From assembly GCA_018398765.1 (NCBI GenBank), contig JAHBMJ010000097.1, positions 1 through 56,915 on the forward strand: a stretch of DNA of 56,915 bases. Reading direction: 5' to 3'. This stretch comes from Chromera velia (taxonomy: Eukaryota). Both the position numbers and the translations under genes were made by a program. The notes under the pieces were generated by a model, which did no database searches, was not told where the DNA came from, and saw nothing but the letters and a program-made list of their open reading frames with translations. Each line of letters opens with the position of its first letter. Position 1 is the stretch's first letter. Below are positions 19,864-31,907 of this stretch, piece after piece.

Positions 19864-20580
19864 TGAGCCACAAGTCGGCCCAGCTTCTCACTCAAGATCT
19901 GTCCTACTTCTTCTCATGTCAGTCGATCGATTTGAGAGACAAAGTAGAAGTTCACACAGCAAGTCTGACCAAGACCGGGAATCTTTAAGACATCTGTGCA
20001 GTAACCTTCTGCCCAGCTTTCGATTCTGACCTTCACAGACCGTGGGTGCAAGTCTTTCCTCACAGTGCAGCACACAATTGACTCAAAGCTCGGAAGGGGT
20101 TCAGAGATGCATGTTCAGAGGAGACGGCATCGATCTGTGCATGCATGATGTTGCGTCACACGTGCGTCAGTCTGAACATGTCTGAACTCACAATAACTCA
20201 CATGACCTTTCAAGCAGCAGTGCCCGTCTCCTTCTGTCTGACAGACTGAGCGCCACTGATCAGTCCGTCTACATAGGCCGTCTTCTGTCTGCATCATTCT
20301 AGATCCCGTCAATCTGCACATGTCTACCCACAACTCAATTCAGATCGAGTGAAAATTCGGCAGAATCAAAGCAGAGAGGCCCTAACGTAACTGCAGTGGA
20401 CCATCGTTTTGCAGTCCCAGTGAGTTCAGTTAATTAGATGAATGTGACGCTCCACCGTGAACTTTGAACTGCCTGGAGGGTCTCCCGGTTCCTTCGAAGA
20501 GCCGGGGTCTGTTGCGTGTCTCTGTGTGCTCTTTGTGATTCTTTTTCCGTTTCGAATTTGTCTTGCGTTTAGGGGATTCA

Positions 20581-21055
20581 ATGTTTACCGTGCTGACCCA
20601 AATTTGGGTTTGTCTTCAGCTCTGTCTTTACGTCGGTCTTCTCTTGTTTGAGAGATACAAAACGAGCAAGAAGAAGAGGGTCGCCTTTCTACACCTCGAC
20701 CTCGGTATCGGAGGGGCAGAGCAGCTGATTGTGCACGCAGCCTGCGGTCTCCAGCAGAAGGGCCTAGATGTGACGGTGTACACATCTCACCACGACAGAA
20801 ACCACTGCTTCACTCCGACAAAAGACGGTCAGCGCATGTTTCGCCACTTCGTTTGGTAAGTGCCTTGATAAACTCCAAAAGATTTTGGATTCCTTAGGGC
20901 CTTGTGGGGTACCAGGGGGTCCGGGTTCGAGTTTGGAATGGTCTGCAAAGTACTTGCGCGTTTTTTCAATTCTCTTCAATTCCGGACGTATTGCTTTCGT
21001 CCCTGCGCCTCTCTCTTTCCTCCCTGCCCTACTTCTCTGTGTCTCGCTGCTGCCG

Positions 21056-21088
<33 letters not shown>

Positions 21089-24000
21089 CCTCTCCCCCCA
21101 ACCGCCTCCCCCTCTCTCCCCCTGTCTGTTTCTGTGAATATTTGTGATTGTATCTTGTGATTGTGCCCAAAATGGGTGTCTGTTGCCTATTAGCGCACTG
21201 ACTGGCTTTCTCTGATCGCAGGGACCCTGGAAGTTCATGTGTATGGGGACTGGCTCCCTCGTCATCTGTTCGGGAGGTTCCATGCGGCCTTCGCGATTCT
21301 CCGGATGGTCTGGGTCTGCCTGTGCATCTTCGGTGCAGGTGAGGGGGGGAGACGTTAGGGGGAGACACGAGGAAAAACTCAAAAGTGATGGTGAGGTAAA
21401 AGAGAGGAATCAAGGCATGCGTGTGCATATTCCTCCTGCACTTTGTGAGTCTTTTGCTTGAACAACTTTCTTTCTTCATGCTGGTAGTCCCTGGTTTCTT
21501 TTGCCGCCCCCTTTCTTCTCTGTTCCGCTCAATGCCCCTTCTACCTCTTCCATCAGATCCCCGCCCCCGGGTTGATTCCTGGTGCGTTTCGAATCGTTTA
21601 GTTTCTCTGGGTGGTTCCTCAAAGGAAAGGAAGAGGAAGGTTGCCCTCGTGGTCAGATATTGTCGTTTTGTTTTGACCTCCTTCGTTTCTCTGAAATCCT
21701 CCCTGTCTCACTGTGGGGAGGAAATGCATGCGTGCAGGGCAAGTGTACTCTGTAGTAATCACAGACCAGGTCTCTGCCATCAATCCACTTGCAAGGCTGC
21801 TGATTTGCAAGAAGGTGGGTAGGTCAGAAGATGAGTGGTTGTACGGATGTAACGACGGCTTCACGACATTTCCCGATGACGGCCTTCCCTCCCCTTCCTT
21901 TCATATTTCTCATCCTCTTTTCATCTGCTTCCACCAATCCATCGTCCAGCGTGTACACTAGAATGAGTGTGTTGGACTTTCTCTGTCTGCGCGGCTCCTC
22001 TACGCCCCTCGAATGAACTCAGTTTACCTGTCCTCCCTCCCTCCCTCCCTCTTACATGCAGCTGCTGTTCTACTGTCACTTTCCCGATTTGCTTCTGTGC
22101 ACGGATCGGGGGGGGTCCCTGAAGAGCCTCTATCGGTCGGTTGTTTGACCATCTATCTGCATCTCCGTCCTGATGATGCTTTCAGTCTCTCTGTCAATAT
22201 TTCTGTAGCGCCGATAAATCAAGTACGTGCACGCGTGGGAAGTACGGACATGCAGTCAATTGACGCTTCAGTCTCCTCTTCTCCCCTCTTCTGACCTGCC
22301 TGCAGTTCAGCAATCGACTGGGTTGAGGAACAAACTACAGGTGAGGAAGCATGGAAGGGAAGGGAAAAGAAGGGAAGAAGAGATCTTGTGGGTGGGAAGA
22401 AGCAGACTGAACAGGAAAGAGTTTGGGGGGTCCCAGAACAAAAAGAAAAAAGAGAACAATAAATGAGAACGTGACGCGATGAAATCCTCTCCACCTCTCC
22501 GGAAATGCTCAACATAAACTTGTTCTCCCTCGTTTTTTTTTTTCCCGGTGAACCACGTTTTTCGCTGTCTGGGCATCTGTGAAGAAGAAACAAGAAATGG
22601 GACGGCACATACATCTCCGCATTCATTTATGTTGCAATGTTGCAGGTTGCGCAGACAGGCTTCTTGTAAACTCTGCTTTCACTCTGGAAGTCGCCAGGCA
22701 AACTTTTCCTGCTCTTCGGTAGGTGGAAGAAGGTTGATGTGGGTGGGGTATGATGTGAAATGCCGGGAGCTTTACTGCAGGAGAAAAAAGCTTCTTTTTT
22801 GTTATTTTCTTTCCGCATTTCCAGGGAGGCAGTTTCGTGTTCATGTTCTTTAGCTGATGCCTCTCCCCACTTGAGCACTCTGCGCTCTCTCCTGTCCTCT
22901 TTATGCAACACGTTCCCTCTTCTGTCCCTCTGTTTTCCTCTGAAGGTCTCAACCCATCGACATCCTCTATCCCCCCGTCGACCTGAAGAAAGCGAAAGAG
23001 AACCTCGTCGCTGCCAAACTGCCTCTCGTACCTCCAGGAGCTCGGACGTCGTCAGAGACGAGATCGAACCTCAGAAAGGCAATACAAGAGGAGGATGCAG
23101 AGTTGCAACGGTCGGTCGCTTGCCTTGGGGTGCTTCTCTGTTCATGGGGAAGGGAAGGAAGGCAGGGGGTGGGTATTCAATGAGACTCTCTCCTCTCGGT
23201 TGAATGAATTGCATACGGAGCTTTTCTTTCCCTTCTTCAAGAGTTTTCCTCGACTTTTTGTGTCTGCACACGTCTTCTCTCTCTCTCTCTCTCTCTCTAT
23301 CCCGAGAGGATCCATCCATGCATGCAGGTTTCTCTACAGCAGCCCAGAAGGAAACTCAGGAGAAGGAACAGAGGCTCCTCTGTACTTTCTGAGTCTGAAC
23401 AGGTCAACAGAGAAGCGTTCGTTCACGTGGGGGGGGTTGGTGCAAGCCGGGACGAAAGCGATTGATTGAGTCAACATCGCTCGCAGTGGTTGCAGAATAT
23501 GAGGAGGGAGCATCTCGAGGGGGTGCGGATAGAACGAATGAGAATGAATGTGCAAAGAATATTGTTGTGCTTTTTGCTGTGTGAGTTTTCCCTTCTCTGC
23601 AAGGTCTCTGTCTCTTTCTCGTCCGTCTTTTCTGCCTGCTGAAGAGGCACTTTCGATTCCCCTTTTTGGCTTTTGATTATTGCTCCCCCAATCTTTTTTC
23701 TGCCCGAGTGCTTATCGTGTACAGATATGAGAGGAAGAAGAATGTGGGACTCGCCATTGGAGCATTCGCACAATTGCAGAAAGAATGCAAACAGGGAGAA
23801 GACCCCGGAAAACTCATTATAGCAGGTCTGTCTCTCATTGAATGGGCTTTTCTGTGTGTCTGCTGCTTGTGTGTGAAATGGATTGAAGACACAAAGAACC
23901 ATTCGCTCTCTGTCTGGTGACCGTCTTGTTGTGTTGTTCTCCGATGACTCTCTTTTTCTTCTCTTGTCTCTTTTTTACATGAAAACAAGAAGAGATGAAA

Positions 24001-24970
24001 AACGAGTCATATTGTCCGTCTGTTTTTCTGTCTGTCTTGTCTGTCTGTCTGTCAAAGCACGCTGTGTCCGTTTCGCTTCCCCGGCTTGCCCGTCACCTTG
24101 GGCTTTTCTTCTTTCTTCTTTCTTCTTTCTCTTTCCGTCCGGTCCCCCCCGGTTCTTCCTATCAGCCTCTCACTCTTTAGTCTCGGGATGCTCTCTCGTC
24201 TTATGGTGTGCTTATCCCTTTCACTAACTTTCTCGCTCGCTCACTTTCTCACCGACAGGAGGCTACGACGGCAGGGTCTCTGAAAACAGAGAATATCACG
24301 AAGAGCTGAAGAAGAGGGCGAGGGAGGAGAGACTTCTCGCAGAAGAAGAAGGGGAGGGAGGGGAAAAGAGCAGAATTATTTTCCTAAGGTCCATCAGTGA
24401 CAAACTCCGATGGCTTCTCCTGTTTGGTGCCCGAGGACTAGTGTACACTCCCCAAAACGAACATTTTGGCATGGTCAGGGTGTTGGTGGGTGGTTGGACG
24501 TTTTGGAACGCCTTTCTTTCTTCCTTACTTCCCTTCTGCAGTGTCTCCTGCTCTTTCTTCTTTGCCGCGTTCCTGTTCTTCTTTTTATTATCGCTTCCTC
24601 TCTGTATACTATCGAGTTCACTGATTCCTCTCTCTATCCATTCATCTGCGGGGCCCAAAATCATGTGCGCCTGAGAAGCGCCTGTCGCGAAAAGCGGACG
24701 CCCTCCTTATTCCTCTCTTCTTTCTCACACTGTATCGTTGTCCGTTTTTTTCTTGGTCTCTACGTCTCTCTCCATTTNNNNNNGGGTCAAGGGCGTCTTT
24801 CCTTTCCCAAACAGTTTCCTTCCGTTCGCAAGGCACGGTTCTCGCCTCTGTGTCGACTGTTGCTCCTCTTCCGAATTTTTGGTTTGGGGTTTTGTAGGGG
24901 GCTGAACGCGAACGCTTGTGCGTGTCTGTGTTTCTGTTTTTGTGTCTGCATATGCGTGAGAGAGCTGGGA

Positions 24971-25013
<43 letters not shown>

Positions 25014-25961
25014 GAGAGAGAAACAGAGAGAGCGTACATATATGCGTGTGAGAGAGAGAGGGGTTGAAGGCGTCTACTCCTAGGTGAATCGCGACGTTCA
25101 TGCTCATTCGTGCGTACTTGCATACGAGAGCAGGGATTTCTCTGCGCGGACACTGATGCCGACTTTGGTCGGGCTCTACGGCAACTTTGGGGGTTTGAAA
25201 AGGGAAAAAACAGCACTCCGGGGCAGTCCAATGGAGCTCTAGATGTGAGTCTTCTTTTTTTTGTCATCCTTGCTTGTCTTTCTCCCTTTCTCTCCTTTCT
25301 TCACTTCTCTTTACTCTGCCTATTTCTCTGCCCTCTCTCTTTTCCTCAAAGTTGCTCTCTTTCCTGCATGTTTGTTTGTCTTGCTTTGTTTTTTCTTGTC
25401 TTCTGGTTTCCTCTTTGTTGTGATCTCTCTCCGCACAACTTCGATCTTTGTCCTGTCTGTGCAAGGTGTGACCTGACCTATCTGTGTGCGTGTGCTGCTG
25501 CAGGACCTTCGCGGCAGGTGCATGGAGAGGGTAGAGAAGCTGTTCGGACTCGGTGAGTTGAATTGGTTTGTTTGAGTGACGCTTGACCACATCGATTAGA
25601 GAAGACGAATCAGTCAAATCATCTCAATTGCTCTTCTTCTGTAGTCGAATGGGGGAAAGGGGGAGGGGATCGAAGGGCTTCCGGGTTTCTGAAAGGTGCT
25701 CACTTTCTCTTCTCTATCCTTCTTAATTCACGCTCTTTCGTCTCTCATCCGTCTGTTGCCCATCCAGACTTTACATCCAGCACCCTTTCGCCCGACAGAC
25801 TGATGGCCAGCAGCCGCTTCGCGAGAAGAGCCATGCACCCAAGCCTCGCCAACTTCAGTTCCTTGTTACCTTCCACGCCAAGTTGAAAGATTGGTGTTCA
25901 TTTGTTTGCAGACGCGTTTGCCAACAAACTCGCAGGCGTTGTGGGATCCCTTATGAAGTAG
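20581..25961 (+). CDS. ALG2: Alpha-1,3/1,6-mannosyltransferase ALG2 (GT4), multi-exon
   Basis: Exon peptides AFLHLDLGIGGAEQLIV, TSHHDRNHCF, VYGDWLPR, ITDQVS, LFYCHFPD, DWVEEQTT, LLVNSAFT, ILYPPV, LSLNR/YERKKNVGLAI, GGYDGRVSENREY, YTPQNEHFG, GFLC. Last exon ends AFANKLAGVVGSLMK*. One expected exon probably lies in the N gap at 24778-24783. Confidence 0.93.
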
Positions 25962-26848
25962 AAAGAGGTTCGATCATCCTGAGTTTTTTCCTTGTTTGTC
26001 TCTCTTTTGTGTGCACGGTTGAAGATCCAATGCTTAGTTCAGCTTAGCCCATTTCCACATTAATTGTCATTCGAAAGTGTGTCAAATGAATTGAATTGAA
26101 TTCTTTTACACTTTAATAGTACTTTATACATTACACTATCTTATACTACTATTATTATCAGTGTTATTGTTCATCAAAATGTCTCGATCTGGCTTCGATC
26201 ACAGTTAAAGTCAGAAATACGTAGTTTTTTGTTCAAAAATTTAAGTTAGATTTTAAAGTATGGCTTAGTTCGCATCTTAATGCTTTTATTTAAAACGATC
26301 GATACAGTATGGTTCTTTTTCTTATATGCAAATGCTAGGCCTCTTTAGGTGCCTAAGCCCAGTCTCCATCGTCTCTAGGGGCTAGCATTGCTGCAATCGA
26401 TCCTGCTGAACTGAAACACACTTCATTTAACTGCCTGCCGACCTGCGAGGTCGCCGCTACGATGGAGGGAAGACCCGTTGGCGGGACGTCGCTCCTATAT
26501 GGTCGCCCCATGTATACGCTGCGAAGCCGCCCTCCGTGCCGAGGCGTGAGGCGAGAGCATGTGCATGCATGCATGCATGTCTTAGATATGTCTTGGTCTC
26601 CGCATGCAGGGGAATGTATGTTAAAATTTTGAATTCAAATGACTGACCTTTAATAGTGACTCTTGAAATCGATTCACACGCGAGCAATCGATCCAATCGA
26701 TTTCATCAAACTTTCGATCAGTATTTTGCTGTCTTGTCAGCATTCGTTCACCTTTTGATTTAAAGTATGTTCTGATTGCAGCATTAGGCAGCAATTTTAA
26801 AGTGGTAATACTCATTACGGCAACCGGATTCAGGTACGCAACATCCAG

Positions 26849-28891
26849 ATGACTATTCTTCGGGGGTTCCTCTCCAAAAACTCCTTTCGTGCGATTCTTG
26901 TATACTTGTTCTTCTTCCTTGATCTCCTCTATATTGACTTTTCAAACACTCATGGGATTCCGAGAATATTGTGGATTCATTCTATGAAATTCGTACTTTC
27001 TTCTTCAACATTCCCTTTATTTTTTGCGGGGGATCTTTTCGTAATCCTGGTTGTGGAGCCGCTCACCATCCCAAGACTCCGAGCCAGCCTCCAGCACCCG
27101 CGCGTATCCCATGATACCTTCTTGGCTATCGCAAAGTACTGTATCGAACTGGTACGCAACGGCCAAGGCGGGACTGTGACTCTTCGTGGGTGCACTCCTT
27201 TCCGCAAATCTTGGTGGCCATTGCAGAACCGGGAGGTGGCAGCAACCTCTGAACCTGTGGCCCACCAGCAACTAGCGGTGACAACCGGCAATCTGAGGGA
27301 ATCTGCAAGGCCTGGTATGTCTGTGGTTCATGGTGACTTCATCGAAGAGACGGGATTGTTTGTGAAACCGATATTTATTTCGAAGCACCGAGGAGCCATG
27401 CAGTTTAACCTCCTCGAAGCTAGCCCCGGGGAGTCAAAGGGGGGTGGAAGAAGCAGGGGGTCGCGGCATGGGGCGGCAGAGGACCCGGCAGTGTTTGGTA
27501 AGGCCACAGTGGTGGTTGTTTCTGAAGAAAGAAAACAGATCTCCCTTTTCTTTCTGGACACCGCTCGCGAATGGAGTGTTGTTTTGATGGATGGGAGGGC
27601 ATGCCACTCCCGTTTAGGAATAGCCGATAGCACAAGTCAGGCAGGTGAGCTTGCAGAGGAAATCAAGAAGGCCTATGAAAACACAAATCCATGGAGTGAA
27701 GAACATTTTCTGGGATCCTTATTCGAACTCCTCACGCCTATCTTTTTGCACAGCCACACCGCGTTGTATGTTGCAATAGCGTATCTGTTCCTCACGGGGA
27801 TTATGGTATTCTGGGAAGATGGGTGGGTCTATGTAAGCATCGGTCTGTACGCATTTGTGTGTCCATACTTTGTGCGGGAGGTGACACCCACTGACCGGAA
27901 AACGCTGAGGAAGTGTTTGGCGGGGATAAAGGAGCTTGTGGAGATCGGGTGGGGAGCTATGATGGTTTTCCCAATGAGGGACCCTGAAGACGCTTTCATC
28001 TTGCAGATACAAAAGAAGGAAAAAGTGGAGTGTGGACACCAATTTCTGTCAAGCTTCGACCCATCAGAACCTTCCCATGATGGTGCAGTGCTGATTGAGG
28101 GCGACTGCATCTCGTATAGACGGGCGATGATTTGTGTAGAAAATAGAAAGCCTCTGTGGTGCAAGAAGAGACAACCGCCGCTGGAAGTGAAATCTTTCCG
28201 CGTGCAGGCGGCTGAGACGCTCAGTCGGGAAGGGGCACCAGTGGTACTTGCTCTCCACGGAGATGCACGGGAGTTGTTTGTGTTTTTTGAGGAAGCGGGC
28301 GTGCAACGGGTTATCCGCATGGACCCAAGAGTCACGGAGGAGCTTGCGAGGGTCGAGAGGAGGCTGCGGGCTGTTCTTTGCAGGGGGGACATGACGTGGT
28401 GGAAGTGGTGCAAGAATTCAATTTCAGATGGCTATGCCACCGGCATATTTGGAATGGCTGTCAAAGCCTTTCTTTGCCTTTTATTTTTGTTTCTTTGCGT
28501 GAGATTCATGTATGCGGCGCTGCTGATGTTTGTAGAAATGGTTTACGTTATTTTCAGTATTTTTCTGTTTGATTGGACATCGTCTTGGGTAATGTTGATC
28601 TGGTTTAGTTCAGCCCTGCTTCTGCTGGTTTTCTTCTTTTTGCAAGAGTTCTTCGTCACATATCGGGCGAGGAGACGGGAAGAAAAAGTTGACAGGGCAG
28701 AGGAAGAGGAGGAGGGGAGAGGGAATGGAAGAAGGGGAGGAAGGCTGGCGGGATTGATTGAGATATTGGTAGCTTCCTGGATCGCAGCATACCAGCGTCT
28801 TCTCGGAGCTGAAGAATTCCGGCGCCAAGGGATTAGAGAGAGGGACCAGAGACCAGCACATGAGGGCAATGAGCACAGTGAGGGTATTTAA
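26849..28891 (+). CDS. Membrane protein with two tandem diadenylate cyclase (DAC/DisA_N)-like domains, 680 aa, intronless
   Basis: Domain 1 (~27110-27550): CIELVRNGQGGTVTL, HRGAM, GSRHGAA, VVVVSEERKQISLFF. Domain 2 (~27900-28290): IKELVEIGWGAMMVF, FDPSEPSHDGAVLI, SFRVQAAETLS, VVLALHGDARELFVFF. Hydrophobic helices lie before, between and after the domains. Confidence 0.82.
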   Translation: MTILRGFLSKNSFRAILVYLFFFLDLLYIDFSNTHGIPRILWIHSMKFVLSSSTFPLFFAGDLFVILVVEPLTIPRLRASLQHPRVSHDTFLAIAKYCIELVRNGQGGTVTLRGCTPFRKSWWPLQNREVAATSEPVAHQQLAVTTGNLRESARPGMSVVHGDFIEETGLFVKPIFISKHRGAMQFNLLEASPGESKGGGRSRGSRHGAAEDPAVFGKATVVVVSEERKQISLFFLDTAREWSVVLMDGRACHSRLGIADSTSQAGELAEEIKKAYENTNPWSEEHFLGSLFELLTPIFLHSHTALYVAIAYLFLTGIMVFWEDGWVYVSIGLYAFVCPYFVREVTPTDRKTLRKCLAGIKELVEIGWGAMMVFPMRDPEDAFILQIQKKEKVECGHQFLSSFDPSEPSHDGAVLIEGDCISYRRAMICVENRKPLWCKKRQPPLEVKSFRVQAAETLSREGAPVVLALHGDARELFVFFEEAGVQRVIRMDPRVTEELARVERRLRAVLCRGDMTWWKWCKNSISDGYATGIFGMAVKAFLCLLFLFLCVRFMYAALLMFVEMVYVIFSIFLFDWTSSWVMLIWFSSALLLLVFFFLQEFFVTYRARRREEKVDRAEEEEEGRGNGRRGGRLAGLIEILVASWIAAYQRLLGAEEFRRQGIRERDQRPAHEGNEHSEGI

Positions 28892-30480
28892 ACATGAACA
28901 CGGTGACTATACATGACAGTCTACATGCATGCAGCAACACAGTCATGCACCACGTGTACACTATCTTTCACGCACAGGCGCCCAACGTACGACACGTCAG
29001 GGTAATGCCATTGGAGGAAACAATGCAGAACACAGGGGCCAGGAATGCTGTAAGACAGCTGAACGAGTACGGCGTGGAGTCGTCCCTTTTTTTACTGCAT
29101 TGGAAAAGGCAAACAAGAATATGAAGAAGACAAACACCTCCAAGCAGGTCCGTCAACGCTCCATATTTGTTTCGTAACACAGTATGGGTGCATAGATCAT
29201 CAAAGGCACTTGCAGCTGGTGGCTTGACATCCAGTCTTACTGGTTGAGGGAGCCTTGATTTTTGAACATTTTAGTGCGGAAGAGTTACAGTTTTGAATCA
29301 AATTGGGCAGATGTAAAGTTTTACTTGGGGTAGGTTGGTCTGCCCTTCGGCTATTGATGGCAATGATGGCTTTGAGGCGTTAATCTGCTAATCTGCTTGA
29401 TGAACACAATGTTGTTCCATATGGGAGTCTCTAGTCTTTTGCACGTTGTTCATCTTCGATCCTCTTTGTCTGCCACGGACTCCCTGTTCTGCACTGCAGG
29501 TTTGTCACATATCATATCACATATCACAGCCAACAAAAAGCCATGCAAGAGAGAAGATCCTCATGAACGGACATACAGGGCTACCTTGAATCACACATAA
29601 CTATGCAACTGTATTGCTGCAAGCCTGCAACTGTACCAACATATATATGCATCAATAAAATTCGAACTTCAACTTTTTTTAAACAACATTGCAATAGGTA
29701 ATTGAATTGTTTAAAAACAATATGAAAAGGAAGAAAAGGCAGCAACGATGTTACAGTACAAAACATTCTCCAATTGCAAACAGCTTAAATGACTTTATCA
29801 TGAAATTCCGGTGTTTCTTTTTTAACTTTTAACCTTTAATACATACTCAGCCTTCAAGCAAGCCATCATTCAAGTTTAACTTCAAAGGTGTTTAATCATG
29901 GAATATATTTATTCACTAGTTACTCACTTCAAAAATAATATAATCAGGAATATATTCAGGAATATATTCTTAAATTAATTAAGGGGGGGTCCGGGAGGCG
30001 GAGCCCTCCGGGCTACATTTTTCATTTTTTTTTTTAAATACAGTTTATAACTATAAAAAATTGGTTTTGAAAAAGATAAACAGGCGCTATCTAGCTGTTA
30101 GGCACTATTAATAGGCAGTAGTGTAACAGTTACTATACTAGACTGTGTTACAGTGTTACTAGAATTTTATAAAATCTTACAATTTATAAACTTATTAAAC
30201 TAGCAAATAACATATCATATGAATACGCGGTTGAAAGTTCATACACGTTTTCATTACATGAACATGCACACACTACACCAAAACATGCATACATACTGCA
30301 GCACACCCTGCATAGTGAAAGGAGGCCTTACTGTATGCACTACGTAAGATGCACTCTTTTTCACTTTCAGCATTCGAACGTGAAACACCAAAACACCACA
30401 AGCACTGTCGAGACTAAAACACCAAAACACCAGACTGAGTCCACACTGGAGCACTGGGAGCCGATCTAATTGAGCTCATT

Positions 30481-30675
30481 CTAATGCTGGGTAGCGATTG
30501 CTTTTTTGATTTCTTCTGTCTTCTTTTTGCAGCTTCGAAGGTGAGTCCAAAGATTGGACGTCCCTCTACTGCTTTTGGCTGTCGTCCCGCAGGAATTGCA
30601 TGTATACGATTCTACAGGTTTGCCGAGCGGTGGCTGAACTGCTTTGAAGAAGTTTTGTATGTTCACTTGACTCAT
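30481..30675 (-). pseudogene. BED zinc-finger fragment, probably the N-terminus of a hAT-like transposase
   Basis: YTCNSCGTTAKSSRGTSNLWTHLRSC (C-x2-C...GTSNL..HL..C) in AT-rich degraded DNA. No catalytic domain recognisable downstream. Confidence 0.7.
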
Positions 30676-31424
30676 TTTCAAACGATAGAGTTAATCGTCT
30701 AAACATATCAGGCCTCAGTCATCTCAGACTGGTATCATGACTTGCTGTGACTTTAAGTTTGCATCTTACCTTGTGTTTGAAACTCATGCATGAAGACCCA
30801 ATTTTTTATGCAACCTGTACAATCGGCTATTCGGCTCCGAATGCATGCACCGATGGCCGCACCGATAGATCATGGCTGCGGCCGCTAGCAGGAGCGGTGG
30901 GCCGCGCCGGCGCGTGCATGGCCGGCCCGTGGGCTGCATGGGCTGGGCCATGCGTACATGCAGTGCACTAGATGTGCACAAGCCTCTAGACTACTCCCAA
31001 AACATTTGCTTTTATAATTAACATAAAAAAAAAACCACACACCGTTAGAATGACCTAAAGTATTAAAGACTAGTAAGAATCGGACTTTGGCTAATTAATC
31101 ATTTTATTCAATCACATTCAATCACTTCATGGGATAATTAAATATATTTTAATCATAAGTGACTAAACACCTTTGTTTAACTTAGGGCTGAGGGCTCCAA
31201 TAGGTTTCACCTTTGCTATAACTTTGTGAGTTACCCTTCTAAATCTTTGTAACTCCTAGTGTTACTAAATCGACCAGCACATCATATCATGATCGATTCA
31301 TATGTTACTATATAGGCTCTGCACTCCATAAATAAATAAAAAAAAAGTTTCCAATCTTTTTTTTTTTCTTTTTTTATTTATCAACCAAAAATTATACAGT
31401 TTTTATGCATGCAGCATCCCGTGT

Positions 31425-31907
31425 AACACTCATGCAACAGTTGAACAACAGCTGTTTGTATGTTGAATATCATGACAAATAAAAAAAAATTCATTAAAAA
31501 AAAAGTTTTTCCAATCTTTTTTTTTTTTAAATGTAGTGCACAGCCTAGATGCTACTACTAAAACATTTGAGTATTAGGTTATCTGAAGATCTATAGGACC
31601 TGCATGGTAAGGACGTAAAACTAAGTGTAAAACCCGTGCGCCGTGTAGGCTACTGCAGGAATTAGCAGGAATTCAAGCTGTACATGGAAGTTACGGGAAA
31701 ACCGCGTTCTTGTCTGTGTCCTCTTCCAGTGTGGAAGACTCGGAAGACTATCTTAGCATGTGTACACTTCAAAAGTTGCGTATCTAGTTCTAGGCCTATC
31801 ACAGAAAAAAAAAAAATGATTTAAGCCCGTTCTCGCTTAATTTTTTTTTTTTTTGCCCGACGATGTTAAGTGACAAACAACTGTTGTTCAAGTGTTGCAT
31901 AAGTGTT
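31425..31907. repeat. 35-bp inverted repeat pair
   Basis: The reverse complement of 31425-31459 matches 31873-31907 (ACAAACAACTGTTGTTCAAGTGTTGCATAAGTGTT) with 3 mismatches. Confidence 0.75.

Noticed and set aside
26849..28891. Bacterial contamination as the explanation for the DAC ORF
   Set aside because: No operon context, flanks share host motifs and relics, and the sequence is contiguous with spliced genes. Read-level confirmation is still advisable.
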